40,592 nucleotides of DNA, from NCBI GenBank assembly GCA_000320545.1, contig ADNK01002972.1, positions 1 to 40,592 of the forward strand. The letters run 5' to 3'. Source of the DNA: Bigelowiella natans CCMP2755 (taxonomy: Eukaryota > Protista > Cercozoa). Below the pieces are notes generated by a model. It did no database searches, was not told the origin of the DNA, and saw only the letters and a program-made list of their open reading frames with translations. Both the position numbers and the translations under genes were made by a program. Shown one piece after another: positions 23,895 to 37,669 of this stretch (its first letter is position 1; each line of letters begins with the position of its first letter).

Positions 23895-24991
23895 GAAGTC
23901 GAGATGTTCGTGATACTTTGCAGCTTTAAAAAGCAGCGTAGAAGCACATGTAGAATACCAGAGCGGCACCAACCTCTAGAGCAGCATTTTTCCCAGAAAG
24001 AAAGATAGAATTTCCCATCAGAATCATTTCTACCGTATCGTTGCAGCTCCTGGTTGTTCCTAAATAATTTGCGATACTCTGAAATGTGTCCATACCCCAA
24101 GCAAGCCGCATTCCCAGCACGCATCAATAATGCGTACATGCATGCTAGCATGCAGTAAAAATCTAGACAGATATGTAGAAGCAGGTTTCAACTTTTACAT
24201 GTATTATCACAGTATCTAGCTAATCAACGCTACGCCGTAAAATCTATATGCCACGTACGCATCATGAGTAGATAAGCTTTTGGCAAATGTGAATATGTAT
24301 GGATGAAGTGACATAAGCGCACGGTAGTGATGTGCTTAGATAGATGCACGAAAACACTATGCTAGTATGCTCTCATCGCAGTTTTTATTTTGCCTGCAAG
24401 CATGCAAGCATGCAAGCATGCTAGCATGCTAGCATGCAATGATACATTTTATCCTTCTTAGCATCTGAATGTAGCGACATGCAATGCGGCAAGGCGCCGA
24501 GAACTCACAACTCATTAGCTACTATGCTACTTTGGCAGCTTCGGCAATGGTAATCCGACGACACATTTGGATAATGACACGTGTATCATAGACATACTAG
24601 CATGTATTTTGTTTCGGATACGTATGTGCGCGTGAACACACATACTACCATGTACCACGGGGTCAGCTGCATGCTGTATATGCACATTAAAAAAAAACAT
24701 ACACACAATCATACGTAGCTTCTATGCACGCACGCGCACACATAGAATACAGAGATAGACGTGTCCGTGAATTATTTTATGATTTTGCATTTCGAATTTT
24801 CTTGGTCGCACTTGGCATGATTGCATTTTGAATTTTCTTGGTTAGTTTCGCTTGTTCAACATCCATAACATCTGAATCATACAATTAAAGAGGTTGTCGC
24901 GATTATGCTGTTTGGAAGCTGGGTCGGTCGAAATTTCAATTTGTCAACTTTTTATTCTTGAGGTTGCTGATTTCTCATTCGGTCTCACGAG

Positions 24992-27149
24992 CTACGAGGG
25001 TATTTGTGGTTTATAGCGGTAGAAAAGCACAAAATACGTCGCAACTTTGGACACAACTGCAACGCCTAGAGTAACTAATGAATACAGAACAGGATAGAAC
25101 GGTATACCTCTTCGATTCAGGACATCAACACCATTTATCGTGTCACCATTCGCGCACTGACTAAACTCCGACTGGTCGCTACATTGGAATTCAAGATCTC
25201 GGTTAAAGACTTGTGTGGCAAGGGCACCGAAGCTATATCTAACGAAAGATAACCATTGTGCCCACTGTAACCAGGACGGAAGGTTATCAGGATTCACATA
25301 GAATCCCCCGAGAAGCATGGAAGCTAAAACCAGCACTGACACAATTACTAAAGCTTTTTTTGGATCAGGTTGTGCTGCTGAAACTAACATGCCCAAGCCT
25401 GATGTCAACTCTACATTCAGAATCAGTAAAAACCAGAAAGCGAAGAATACAGCGGGATCATCATTCAGTCCTGTCATCCAGTACACTATGATAATGAACA
25501 TAGATGGAGAAATCCAATTCAAAGGCATTTCTGCTATCACTTTCGCAATGTAGTAAGCTGATAGTCGATATGAACCTTGTGCCCTTTCTCTTAGTAGGAC
25601 CGCACGTTCATAAGGAAATGTAGTGACCGAGGTAAACATCGGGAAAAAGGCCCAGAATATCGCAATAAAAAACACTTCTCCGAACTTATCCTCTATTGCG
25701 TCTTCCTTCAACGGAGACCTGAACCAAACTAAGGAAGCTACAACAGCCACTAAAAATACTTGAGTCAGTTGTAGTGTATCAAATGTTCCAGATTGCTTAA
25801 CGATCCACGCACGATGAAATAAAGCTGTGAATTGAGTGCACCAATTTGTTGGAAATAAATCATTCCACTGTTCTTCCGTGGTGCCTCCTGCTATATTAGG
25901 TGATAACTTCGAGCCTCCTCTTTCCTTTAATTCTTCCACTCGTAATGATGAAGTGGTGGTACCACCTATACTAGTAGAATCACGGAGTAAATTTTTTGTC
26001 GCAGTTTTAGATTTTGCAAGTTCCAATACGAAATCGCCTGGATTGTATGTAGCCGGACATTTAAATCCCCGTTGATCAAAGTAAGATACAACTTGCGCCG
26101 CTTTACCATTATATAAAGTATTTCCTTCGGACAGTACAAGCAGTTGATCGAAGAGTTGGAAAACAGCACTTGATGGCTGATGTATAGTCATCACCACTGT
26201 GCATCCCCTTTTAGCTAATTCTTTCAGAGTAAGAACGAGATCGTATGAGGTCGACGAATCCAGACCAGATGTTGGTTCATCGAGCAAAATTAGCGATGGC
26301 CACGTAATAAGTTGCACTGCAATATTCAGTCTTTTACGCTCACCTCCTGATATGCCCCTTTGGAACAGTGTTCCAACAATAGAATTCGCACATTTTTCAA
26401 TGCCAAGCAATTTCATTATCATATCGGCTCGATTACGCTTCTCATTCTCTGACATAGATTCTGGAAGCCTAATGCGCGCTGCGAAGTATAAGATTTGCTT
26501 GACAGTCATAGTTCCAAAAAACACTTCATCCTGAAGGACATAAGCTATGTACCTTCTCATCGCCCTGATCTGGGGTTTGCCGTTTAAATAGATAGACCCA
26601 CCAGCAAGTTTGCTCCTACCAGCTAGGGAATTCAGCAACGTTGTTTTTCCTGATCCTGATGGCCCCATAATACTCAGCACCTGTCCGGGATTTGCCCCAC
26701 CACTTACAGCGTTGAGGATCCGACGTCCTTCAATGTCCAGCTCGACATTACTAAAATTTAGTTTGATCCTTCTGCCAGAGAGGCCTCCACCTCCAATAAG
26801 CTCTGTTAGTGTACTTGATATGTGCTTGTGTCTTGAGACTAATTCCTCCCGGAAATCCCTAAATTTATAAGTTGCTTCAGAAGTTTGTACAACATTGAAG
26901 CCTGTCAAGTTTAATTCAATAAATGCAAATACAACCAAACAGCTATAATACCTGTTCATCTTTCCGTTAGTCTTTGTCTCCGAATATGAATCAGATTCTT
27001 TCTTCATAAGAGCTACACAGCATCAAAATAAGTTTAAAATGGACTTTTAAGTGGAATGATTAGGAATACTCACCTAGCTCGATGTCTGGTTCGCCTACAA
27101 CTGAGGTGCTCCCTCCAGGTTGAACTGTCATGTCTTTCTCTCCAGGCAT
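24992..27149 (-). CDS. ABCG (White-family) half transporter, NBD-TMD order
   Basis: Walker A GPSGSGKTT, Q-loop YVLQDE, signature ISGGERKR, Walker B ILLDEPTSGLDS, H-loop TIHQP, and an ABC2 membrane domain (ERAVLLRERAQGSYRLSAYY). An upstream exon MPGEKDM..DIEL (27149-27074) splices in frame onto the 671-aa ORF. Confidence 0.95.
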
Positions 27150-27534
27150 CTTGCCAAGATGAGATGAGCGTTCGTTGCAGCGTGCTAACTGCTAGGTTTG
27201 GACGTTGTGAAGTATGGGAGTTGATACTCTTCTTATTCGTCGTTTGGATAGTTAATGAGTCACTTCCTCACCACCACCAGCAGCACACAGCAGACTGCCC
27301 TAGTTATGTCCCGATGGCTGGCCTGTGGAGATAGTAGAATAGCATGGCGTTCACATGTAAAATGTTGTTAAAAATCATGTCGTTTACTAAAAAAGAATTA
27401 CAAATTCATCGATGCTTCTTCCGGAACCCATGATGAATCATCCAAAACGCCGACAGACACAGGCGCAAGCGACGTCTGCAAGTAGAAGAAGTAGTTCACA
27501 TAAATACAGGTACAACAACAGCAACAGCAACAGC

Positions 27535-27589
<55 letters not shown>

Positions 27590-27745
27590 GACGCCTCAAA
27601 CCTAAAAGTAAAAAGAAAAAAGTTTATTAACTAAAGGCTCAAACCAAAAAATAAAAAGAAAAAAGTTTATTAGTCCTATAAGTCACGAATTTTGCTATGT
27701 TTTGCCATGCAAGTTTTGACTTTCGCAATGTCCGTTATGAGACAA

Positions 27746-27826
27746 CATCCACTATGAAAATCACTTCGGTGTAACAACATAGCTGGGAAGTCAAGGGCGC
27801 GAACAGAACTAACTAACTAACTAACT

Positions 27827-27828
<2 letters not shown>
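27746..27828 (+). mobile_element. Short dispersed element, copy 2, ending in (CTAA)n and followed by (CAA)n
   Basis: catccactatgaaaatcacttcggtgtaacaacatagctgggaagtcaagggcgcgaacagaa(ctaa)n; inverted near-identical copy at 10388-10472. Confidence 0.6.
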
Positions 27829-27867
<39 letters not shown>

Positions 27868-28018
27868 CGCCGACGACGACGTCAATTGCCGAAGCGACCT
27901 TCTTGAGTTCCTCCCTGTCTCGGAGTCAAGTGTATGTTGAGATGCAAACTCATACGTGTAAACGGAACCGTTGATAGCTTGTGTGCTGTTTATCTTTCAG
28001 GAAATTGAAAAGGAGGAC

Positions 28019-29406
28019 ATGGTGGTGCTAGTGGCTGGTGAGCCAAATGAGTCCATGGATGTGCAGCATCATCCGTATTACCAGTTCGCATCATCCACCT
28101 CTCAACTGTTATTTGGCACCAAACCAATCACTGTCACTTCGTTTTTCGACTTCCTAACTGAGCTGAAGGACGGCCATGACAAAATATATGGGGTGGAAGG
28201 AAATAAGAGAACTGAACTGAAGTTAAAATACTGTCAGCTTCTTGCAGATTACATGTGGATTGTTACTTTCCTGTGCGTAGCGTACGTGATAGCAGTCCAC
28301 GGCCTTAGGATGATCATAAAAAAGCCATTCAGATCTCTCAAACCATTGTTGATCGCGTGGAATTTTAGTCTCTCAGTATTCAGCATTTTGGGGTACGTAT
28401 ACGCACAACGTACGAAGAACGTCAATCGACCGAAATTGACGATTAAAATTGATTTGTAGAGCATTTATAAGCACCCGTTGGTTAATTTCGATGGCTTCTA
28501 CATACGGATTTCGCTCTACGCTGTGTGTGAGGTGATTAGTATTTTCGACAGCAGCACAATTTGTTTCTGCTAAATTGAAAGGTGCGACACGCACCCTGGT
28601 TCAGTAAGATATACTACCCTTTTCTTTCTCAATTATAGATGTGTTATGGACAATAATAGTGCATAATTTGAGGTTGAGCAATGATGTTGTGGCCAAAGTA
28701 ATAAGAAATGCCTGAATATTTAGACCTTCATACATGGATACATTTGGGAGCTCTGGAGATGTATGGATTGGTGTCTACTTCGTGATGTCTAAAGTTGCTG
28801 AAATGCTCGATACGATCTTTAAAGTGTTGATGATGCGAAAAGTGATTTTTCTACACTGGTGAGTGACCAAAAGCATATTTGAGTGTTCAACCACCAATCG
28901 AAATGATTCATTCATTTTCTTTTCTAGGTATCATCATCTTATGACTTGCTGGGTAGCGTGGTATTCAATAGCACACGGTTTTGGACCTGGAATTTGGTAC
29001 TAGTTAAATTATGAACAAATTATACATCGCTCAGCTTTCTTAATCAGTTTGCTCCGTATATAGGTATGCTTCGATAAATTTTAGCGTACATGGGCTCATG
29101 TACCCATATTTCTTCCTCTCATCGGTGTTGCCTAAAAGTCAATTCAAAAAAATCTCGTTACTAGTTGCTCCGATCATTACGACCCTCCAGATCATTCAGA
29201 TGGGATGGTTCCTTTTCGTGGCCGGAACAAGTTATTATTTGAAGCATTTCGATGTTGCTGGAGGTGGTTGTGATATTACAGATCACACCATCTACACAAT
29301 CATGGTAGTCATTTTTAGTTACATGGTACTTTTTGGGATGTTCTTTGTTAAAAAATACATGCGAGTGGAGGAATCGCATCTGATATCTAGCAAAAAGAAT
29401 AAGTGA
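28019..29406 (+). CDS. ELO/GNS1-SUR4 family fatty-acid elongase (ELOVL3/6-like); 5' end uncertain
   Basis: LIAWNFSLSVFSILG; YFVMSKVAEMLDT (KxxExxDT); His box FLHW|YHH split by an intron at ~28859-28927; NFSVHGLMYPYF; ITTLQIIQM; C-terminal SSKKNK ER-retrieval-like motif. Confidence 0.93.
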
Positions 29407-30284
29407 AAACAGCCACTTCGATTGCAATTTAAGATATCACTACAAGTCTCTCTCCCCGATGATTAGATACTATCTGTCGGAGTTTTTCTTTCTCTTTTTC
29501 TATGCGTGCATGTCATTGCAATTCTCCAAACGACCCCTTCCGTAGGCTGCTGCGTTGACGACCTTTTGAGGCTTTTTATGCATGCATATCAACAAAATGA
29601 GCATGATAAAGCTAAAAGTCTCACACAGACAGTACGATCGTCCGCCGCGTGAAAATTGGAATCAGCAAACGTCAAGAGATTGTTAATAGAATAACTGACT
29701 GGCTGAGCAACGACTTGTTACATTCGCTGCTCCATGTGCCATGCAATTATTGCAGTTACAGCTTTACCTTATACTAATGAGAGCACGTGCGTAGCTATAT
29801 TATAGCAGATTTCCCTATGTCCATACCGCATGCACACTGACCGAGACTGGAAGTACTGCTTGTTGTAGCTTTATGGCTCTAACATCACACATGCAACTAG
29901 TGAACATCATCGATGCGCGCGCGCGACGATATCGACATCCGTGCTCTAGTGCTGGCGGGTTGCATTGGAAGCACTCGTGTAGTAATTGTGCATCAAATAT
30001 TGCGAAGAGCGGCAAGGTTACGCAACGATGAGTCATGCGCATGCCGCCATTTTAAATTTCTCGAAATCTTAGGAAGTTTGAATACGAAATGTCAACACGT
30101 CCGATGCGACTCATGGCTTGGAAACAAAAACGTGCACAGCATGAAATCGTTTGCTCGTTCAATCGTGTGTACAATGTGTATCCTACAGACTGCACAGAAT
30201 GCGAGCAGACTGTGGTCTTCTATGAGTATTCTGTCTTTAAGCAACGAGTAATACCCATTATTCCAATTCAAAAGCAACACTCGT

Positions 30285-33214
30285 TTATTTTTTTTTCTCT
30301 TTTTTCCGCATGTGCATCATCAACTGTTCTTTACCTAAATTTTGTAGAAATAATGGGAATTCAAAAATTTTGAGTGGAAAATTCACAGCCACCTTCTCGT
30401 TGAGCACGATGAACAGCTTCTCGTAACTCTTTGTCTCGGGGATAGTATGTTTTGCCACGAGCCTATATACACCGATAAAGTTGCACTTTTCAATGAATAT
30501 ACATATATTTATGCACATGCTGACAATCATACTTCTGTCTTGATCTTAATCTAATTAGAATCATTCATTACCTTTGCTTGTTCGACGCGTTTTCGTCTGA
30601 GACTTTCCACAAGTTTTCGTTCAATATTCACCTGTCTCGCACTTCTGAGACGATCCTATCATTGCAGAAATATACATACAGAATTAATACATATAACAGC
30701 TGAGTATGGAGAAATATACCTCTAATAACAAACATAAATATGATGCTTCTCTACTGATCAGAGGACAAATTCATAGTGTGTTATAAAACCATTTGATTAC
30801 TGTTAGTCTTTCAGCTTCTCGTAAAATGTCCAACTTTTTGCCACGATTTTGACGCCTACCTGCACTGTTAATAGATAATAGACATCAATTTAGACCAAAA
30901 ACAGCAACTCTCAAGAAAAAGAGGAATATAATACACATTAATAAACATTTATGTAAACAGACCAAGAAAATCGATTCTATTTTTACGATATTAACAATAA
31001 TTATATCATATAGCAAACGGTATATGTATGTATTCAGGATTAACTCTTCTTGTAGTTGCTGTATTTTTAGTGGCAGCTCTCGTATCAGATCGCGAGTTCG
31101 AGCATTTTTTTCTCGTTTCTGTAATAATAAAGTTACACCTCCAATAAGACATCCTCACATTCAAATTCCTTTATTAATTAATACGTGGTCTAAATTATTT
31201 GTTTACGTACTCAGAATCATTAGTTAAATTAAGAAACTCGTAATTAAAGTAAATAATTCTCAAGTTTTGCTTTAGTTCATCGAAACTCTGCTTACTTCTT
31301 CTTCCACAAGTTGCTTTCTAACCATCCTTCTATGTAACATAAGAGCAACTGAGGGTGAGAAAGGCGCTATAGAATTATTTTCATGCGATAAGCAGGGAAC
31401 TCCAAATGAGAGTATAGACTGAATCTGTATTAAAAAAGGAAATGGGAAAGAACCTATTGTTTTATTTACAATATGGAGACATCATGCAGCGTGATTATTA
31501 CATCAAATACAGTTGACCACTTTCATAATTTCCCTTGTTTTCTACCCAACAATCTTTGTGCAATACCTTTGATTTTTTCCCGCCTCCTTTGATTTAAAGG
31601 ATGAGATGGATTCCTTATTAGTAGCGACTGGTTTAATATTTTTGCGTTGTTGCCCATCGTATTTGCTTTTATCCATCCTCTATATGAGAAAAACAATCAT
31701 ATAATATAATAGACATTTAACCATCACAACGTCAACATATTAAATATATTCGTATCACCAACATCAATAGACTTAAGAAACAGCAGAATCATTCCACATA
31801 CATGTACATAAATATCGATTTAACATAAACATTTATTTTTCTATTCTGATATGATGATGAAAAGTGCACATAATGATTGCCTAAGTTATGTTCAAATTGC
31901 TGCATTTGTTAGTTTCTTGGATATATGTCAGAAATTCACTCCTTTCTGTATCTATACACTTCTCCAATGACCAATTTTTGTATCTTTGATTTGTTCACGA
32001 CAGAAAATTGATTTTGTTTCTGTTCCTTGACGCCCCGTACTCTTTCGAAAAATGCCTGCACGAAAATACTAATATGACCATTATTTTATCATGTAATTAC
32101 TGATGTTGGATGTAGGTTACCATATAAAGTTTGGTTGTAGATTACCACATAAAAGCAATTTCATGTTTAATACATTTGAGTTCTCTGCTGTACCCTATCA
32201 GATATTACTGTTTCTACGGTACCTGGATATCCTCTGATGACGAAGAAATCAAAAATTCTTTCTGATTTCTTCTTCTCCCATCATTCAAATTTGAAGAGCA
32301 CGAAGATGCGCTACAAACTTATAACACGTACAAGAGATAAGAATTCAATTGTAATTCTACCAGCTAGTTATTGGTGTTCGATGGTAATGATCCTATTTAT
32401 TCAGTAACAAATTAATTATACCGAGTATACTGTAGTCTAAGTCAAGAAAATTTGTGCCGTCCCAATTACCCAAAAGTGCTAGTTGTTGAATTTCTCATAA
32501 TGTATAATTCTAATTTAATTTACCATAATTTTCATTTTCAGCAGCACTTCCTCCGGCTAAAAAATTTTTCATCTCCCGAGCAGCTGTGTCATCAGTTGTT
32601 TCTCTGAAAGTTATATGTGTAAATATATGAATATATACATATACATATTTTGTTTTAAACTAATATAACATATGTACATATATAAGCATAACAAAACTAT
32701 CAATGTCATTGTTTCGTCGGTGTTATCAGCACATATTGATAAATTATGCATCTAACTCGAATTCCTCTTGATTTGGTCCAAATCTTGTTGCCTCTTCTAC
32801 CTAATATGTTTGGATGATGAACGACTACTCCTTTCAGTGGTATTACTCCTAAAACAAAAAGCTTACTAATGCCTTCCCCTCTGATTCTTTTACCTTCAAC
32901 ATATTTCATGATTTTTGTGCGAATTCGATGATGTTTTTTTGAAAGAAAGTGAATGTCCGAAAGATACTTACTGGTGGTGGCGAGTAAGGATTCCTTTTTT
33001 CATCCTTGAAAACTAGGTTTAAAGATAGTTGATTGTCAAAGTAGACCAATGATACTTTTTTTTCAAATAATATTGAATCCTATTTTTCCAACATACAAAA
33101 AATTCCCGACATTGAATCTTGAATCTTATTTACCATAGTCCTTCATATCTGTACTGACGTCTGATGTGCTCAAAGCTTTGTTCTGAGAAACCACAAAGGT
33201 TCAAAAACACACGA

Positions 33215-33282
<68 letters not shown>

Positions 33283-33379
33283 CAAAAATGAAATTATAAA
33301 TTACGTAATTTGGTTGACGTTTCTTTTTTTCCTTCCTAATCTTTTTCCTTCTTTCATCTCTTATCTCCTTGGAAGCCAT
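30285..33379 (-). CDS. Hypothetical multi-exon protein (AT-rich, short introns; possible PH-like segment)
   Basis: Run of GT-AG-bounded coding-like segments (MASKEIRDERRKK.., GVIPLKGVVVHHPN, ETTDDTAAREMKNFLAGGSAAENEN, RDLIRELPLKIQQLQEEL, RKLVESLRRKRVEQAK). The full frame was not verified. Confidence 0.5.
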
Positions 33380-33829
33380 TTTTTGGGCCAATATGCTGCA
33401 AGTCATGTTAGGAATCAGTGCTTGAAATATAGTAGAAAATAACCACCATAAATTTATGCACATGCTTAAAAAATCTCTCTCCAATATTTCTTTCTAAAGC
33501 TAATTTTTATCGTTAATTATGATTATAATAACAATTCTGATAATGATAATAATAACGATTATATATAATATTAGTAATTTGTATGGCAAAAAAATGACAC
33601 CACTATTTTATCTATTCGACATAACTCCAATGATACATACACTTTTTACCCCCCCTCTGCACATTTCAACATGGAGGAGAGTATACAATAAAATAGAATT
33701 ATGCATTATATGTATGCATATATGTATGTATGTATGTATATGTACTTGTAAGTGTTTGCATGTTTCAATTCGATCAATTATTTCATGTGTACATGTGATT
33801 GAACGCAATATATGTGGCGAATGAATTAC

Positions 33830-34979
33830 TCTAGCTCTTGATCATTCCAGTTGTCACTCTCTCCTCCAAAATCTTGGATTTTGAAAGTAAAATGTCACAA
33901 AAAATATCAGCTGTAAATTTTGGAAAAATTATATCTCCCCAACGTTTCATGTCGTTTGAAAACAATTTCTTTGTAACTTTATTAATACTACACTCCAGCT
34001 TACTTTTACCATTCTACTCTAACTACTTACTATTGATACTACTACATTCATACCTTCTTCTTCGCACTGTTGCATGCTACCTCTTACTTTATCCTTTTCA
34101 ATCTCTTCATCTAGTTTTTCCTGATTGAAATTAACGTGTAAAAACGATCATCTGGCAGAATATAAAACAGTAGCAGGATTGGACGATGATGATCATCATC
34201 ATGGTCATTATCCAAACATTATTAATAACAATGAGGAAACATTTGCCATCGTCAAAATTGCCCACCATTTTCAATAATATGATTACCTAATGTTTCCTTT
34301 TGTTGTAAACAGAATACATTAATATGTTTACTACCATTTCCATTCGTGATTGCTCCCGTTTTTCTTTTCTGATTTTCCTTCTGCGTTCCTGATGAAGAAT
34401 TAATGAACACCCTCACAACCATAATAATTTGTAGCATCTGCTCATTTGATACCCATGTTGTAGACGATAAAAAGTGAGAAGGTAGTAATAACAAATCTTT
34501 GTGTGATGTATATCAGCTACCATCAGCCAAATGGATGTGTTTGATGTTTTTTATCATGCTGTTATTTTAGATAAGACGATATGTTTGATAAAGTGGAACA
34601 ATTCAATTATATACTGCCGTACACCATGATCAATTAATTGAGCAAGCGTGTGCGTGTTATTCTCTTGCATTACTGAAGCTGCTACTAATGCCACTGTGTG
34701 ACGTTGGTTTTCCCTTTTTTGGTTTCGTTTGTGTGTATCATAGGGATTCAGTATATTTGGTATCTATTTCAGACATGGATGCTTTTAAGGATGGTACAAA
34801 AACTTGATTCAATTTCAAGATGACGTATTAATTGAATTTTACACGCGCTAGCAATCACTCATGCGAAGTTGTGAGCAAGTGAGTGAGTGAATGTGTGTGT
34901 GGCTGTGTGGTGTGTGATGCAGCATTTGATCATAGTTGGAACGGAGTCTTGTTCGATAGATAATATAACAAACCATATG

Positions 34980-35010
<31 letters not shown>

Positions 35011-37622
35011 TGTACCAGCATTTTCATCCTAATTTCTTCCTCATCAGTTCACACTAGTGTCAAGCTATACGTAACGAACTCTTACCATTTTTTCATATTC
35101 CCTCAGCTTTTCTTGGAGCATTCGAGTCACTGCTGTTGGCTAATGATGTTGATGATAGCGGTTTAGTTGTCATAGCTGTGTTTGCTGTTGTTTCATATAA
35201 TATAACTAGCTCCAGAAAATGCTATCTAACCACCGATACCAAAACACACTATTTTTTATATTTAATGTATACTACGACCTTGAAAGAATTTTTTAGCATT
35301 TGTGTAACCATTTCTTTTGTTTCTCCCAGATCCTCGACATCTTCTTCAACTTCTTCTTCATCTTCGCAATTACTGTTTTCTATGTCAAGATTAAAATAAT
35401 AAATAATAAGGCAATAATAGAAATCTCTCACATTTAGAGGAGGGACTGATACACATAGATATATGCGAGGCGGCTAATGATTGCAGATAATTTCTGTGCT
35501 TCTAGTAGGAAGAAATTTGGTATGATGCATGATATTGTTTAGTATGGGTTGGGGTAATTTAATCAGTAAAATAACTATGAAATAAATTTTAATCACGATG
35601 ATGGTGATGAGTCACTAAAAAACCTCTAAAAATATCTCTATTAATTTATTCTGTTGAGCATTCGAATCATATTTCGTTCATTATTAACGCTTATCACTGA
35701 TGATGAAGATTCACTTTCTTCTTCCGAGGAATTGCAGGTAGTGGTTTTCTTCTTGTTGCTGTTTTCTTTTTCACCATTTAACTATTAGATGGATGGGGGG
35801 TATAAAATGGGGTGCAACATGTGCATTAATATCTAACAACATAACAAAATCAAGAGCATAATAGAAAATCATATCCACAGCACTTTCCAATATTTTTTCA
35901 TCAGTGTCATAAGGGAAGAGTATGTGACGGCATGTCGTGGAATAAACACAACCATATTCTGTATTTTCTCCGTGAAATCCTTTTCCATTTGAGCAGTCTT
36001 CACGGTAGGAACTTTCCTCCTCTCTTTGTAGTCAGATGTAGGTTTGTAAATCAGCATCATCATGACGGTTCCTTCTTCAATGTTGTTGAATATCGTATGC
36101 AAACAAGCCATTGTGTTTAGTTGATGGTATCATCTGTGCCACCATTTACGGTGGTAATAACTAGTAAAGTAGTAGATAGTTGTCCCAATGATATGTGAGG
36201 TGGTAGAGAAATCTTTTCTTCTTCTACTACACACCTTCCTTATTATTACTACGATGATTGATGATAATACTGATACCGAAGAAACAATGTTATTATTGAC
36301 CTTTTTACTACCTCGGGCAGTAACGCCTCCTCCTCCTCCTTTCTTTGCCTTGTCAGTATCATCGATAATATCCTCGAATGATGTGAAAGTATAGTCGTGC
36401 TGGTTATCATCATTATCATCATCATCATCGGTATTTTTGACAGCAGGGTCTATAGTAGACGATAGCTTATCATCGCCTCCACTGAGGCCTGCATTGTTCT
36501 CGACAACGCTTTTTCCTCCTTCTGTTTCTTCTTCTTTTTCTTCTTCTTGCTCCTCCTCCTTCTTCTCTTGTTGTTCCAGAATTTCTCTTTCCTGTGGCTT
36601 CAGCCACCATCGTTTCTGGTCTATGCTGCATATTGTGACCCAGCCTCCTTCAAAATATGATGATGATGATGATGATGATGATGATCTTGATGCAGATGGT
36701 GCTCCTACTACAACTTGTCCTCTCAATCTTTCTCCAACTTTCTCGATCTTGCCTATGTGAATTACAGTCCCACGATGTATTTTTCCTGTTATGGGTGATA
36801 ATGCAAGTTAGTAACACTTATTCTTCTTCTTTGATGAAGCTGGTAATGATTATCCGCGTACAAATGTGGTACAATACTATGTGACATGTCCGTTGTGACG
36901 CACAAGCAAGAAAGTAGATCTATAACATTCTGAGCGAAGAAATTTCTATAATTATGAAGAAATTACCCATTTTTTCACCGTGGAACTCTTTCGTCTGCCT
37001 TACCTAAACATGACAAATTAATAATAATAATAATAATGATGATGATCTGATCCCAATCATGTTAATGTGTCTACTTACTCACTACTACCTGGATACCGGA
37101 CAATACAACATAATTCTCATCTTCTGGAAGGAGGCCTTCTTTTTCTTTTATTCTTGCCACGTTACTACTACAACTTTGATTTGCATTATGATACTTGATA
37201 GCATTATTATCGTCGTCGTAATAGTAGTATGCAGAGGAGCCATTGCTGCTGATATCCCCACAAGTAGTAGTAGTAGTAGTAGTAACTTTTGATAATAGCA
37301 GAGAACGATTGTTAGAAAAATGACGATGATGATGATGATGATGATGATGGCTTGTTGCTGCCCCAGATTTATAAATTTTCTTGGAGAAATCATCTTTAAC
37401 ATTTCTTGTGCCGTCCATCATCATCTTCTCGTCACAACTGTCATTATCACCAATATGCTCTGTAGTTGTATCTTGACTACTTGCTTCTGTTTCAGAGAAC
37501 AATCTGCAACATTATACATAAAATTAGTAGTTGTATCTTGACTACTTGCTTCTGTTTCAGAGAACAATCTGCAACATTATACATAAAATTAGCAATACAT
37601 ACTAAGTGTGTGAGAGTGAGTG

Positions 37623-37669
<47 letters not shown>

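Noticed and set aside
25258-26870. Plus-strand ORFs overlapping ABCG
   Set aside because: Antisense shadows of a well-supported CDS.
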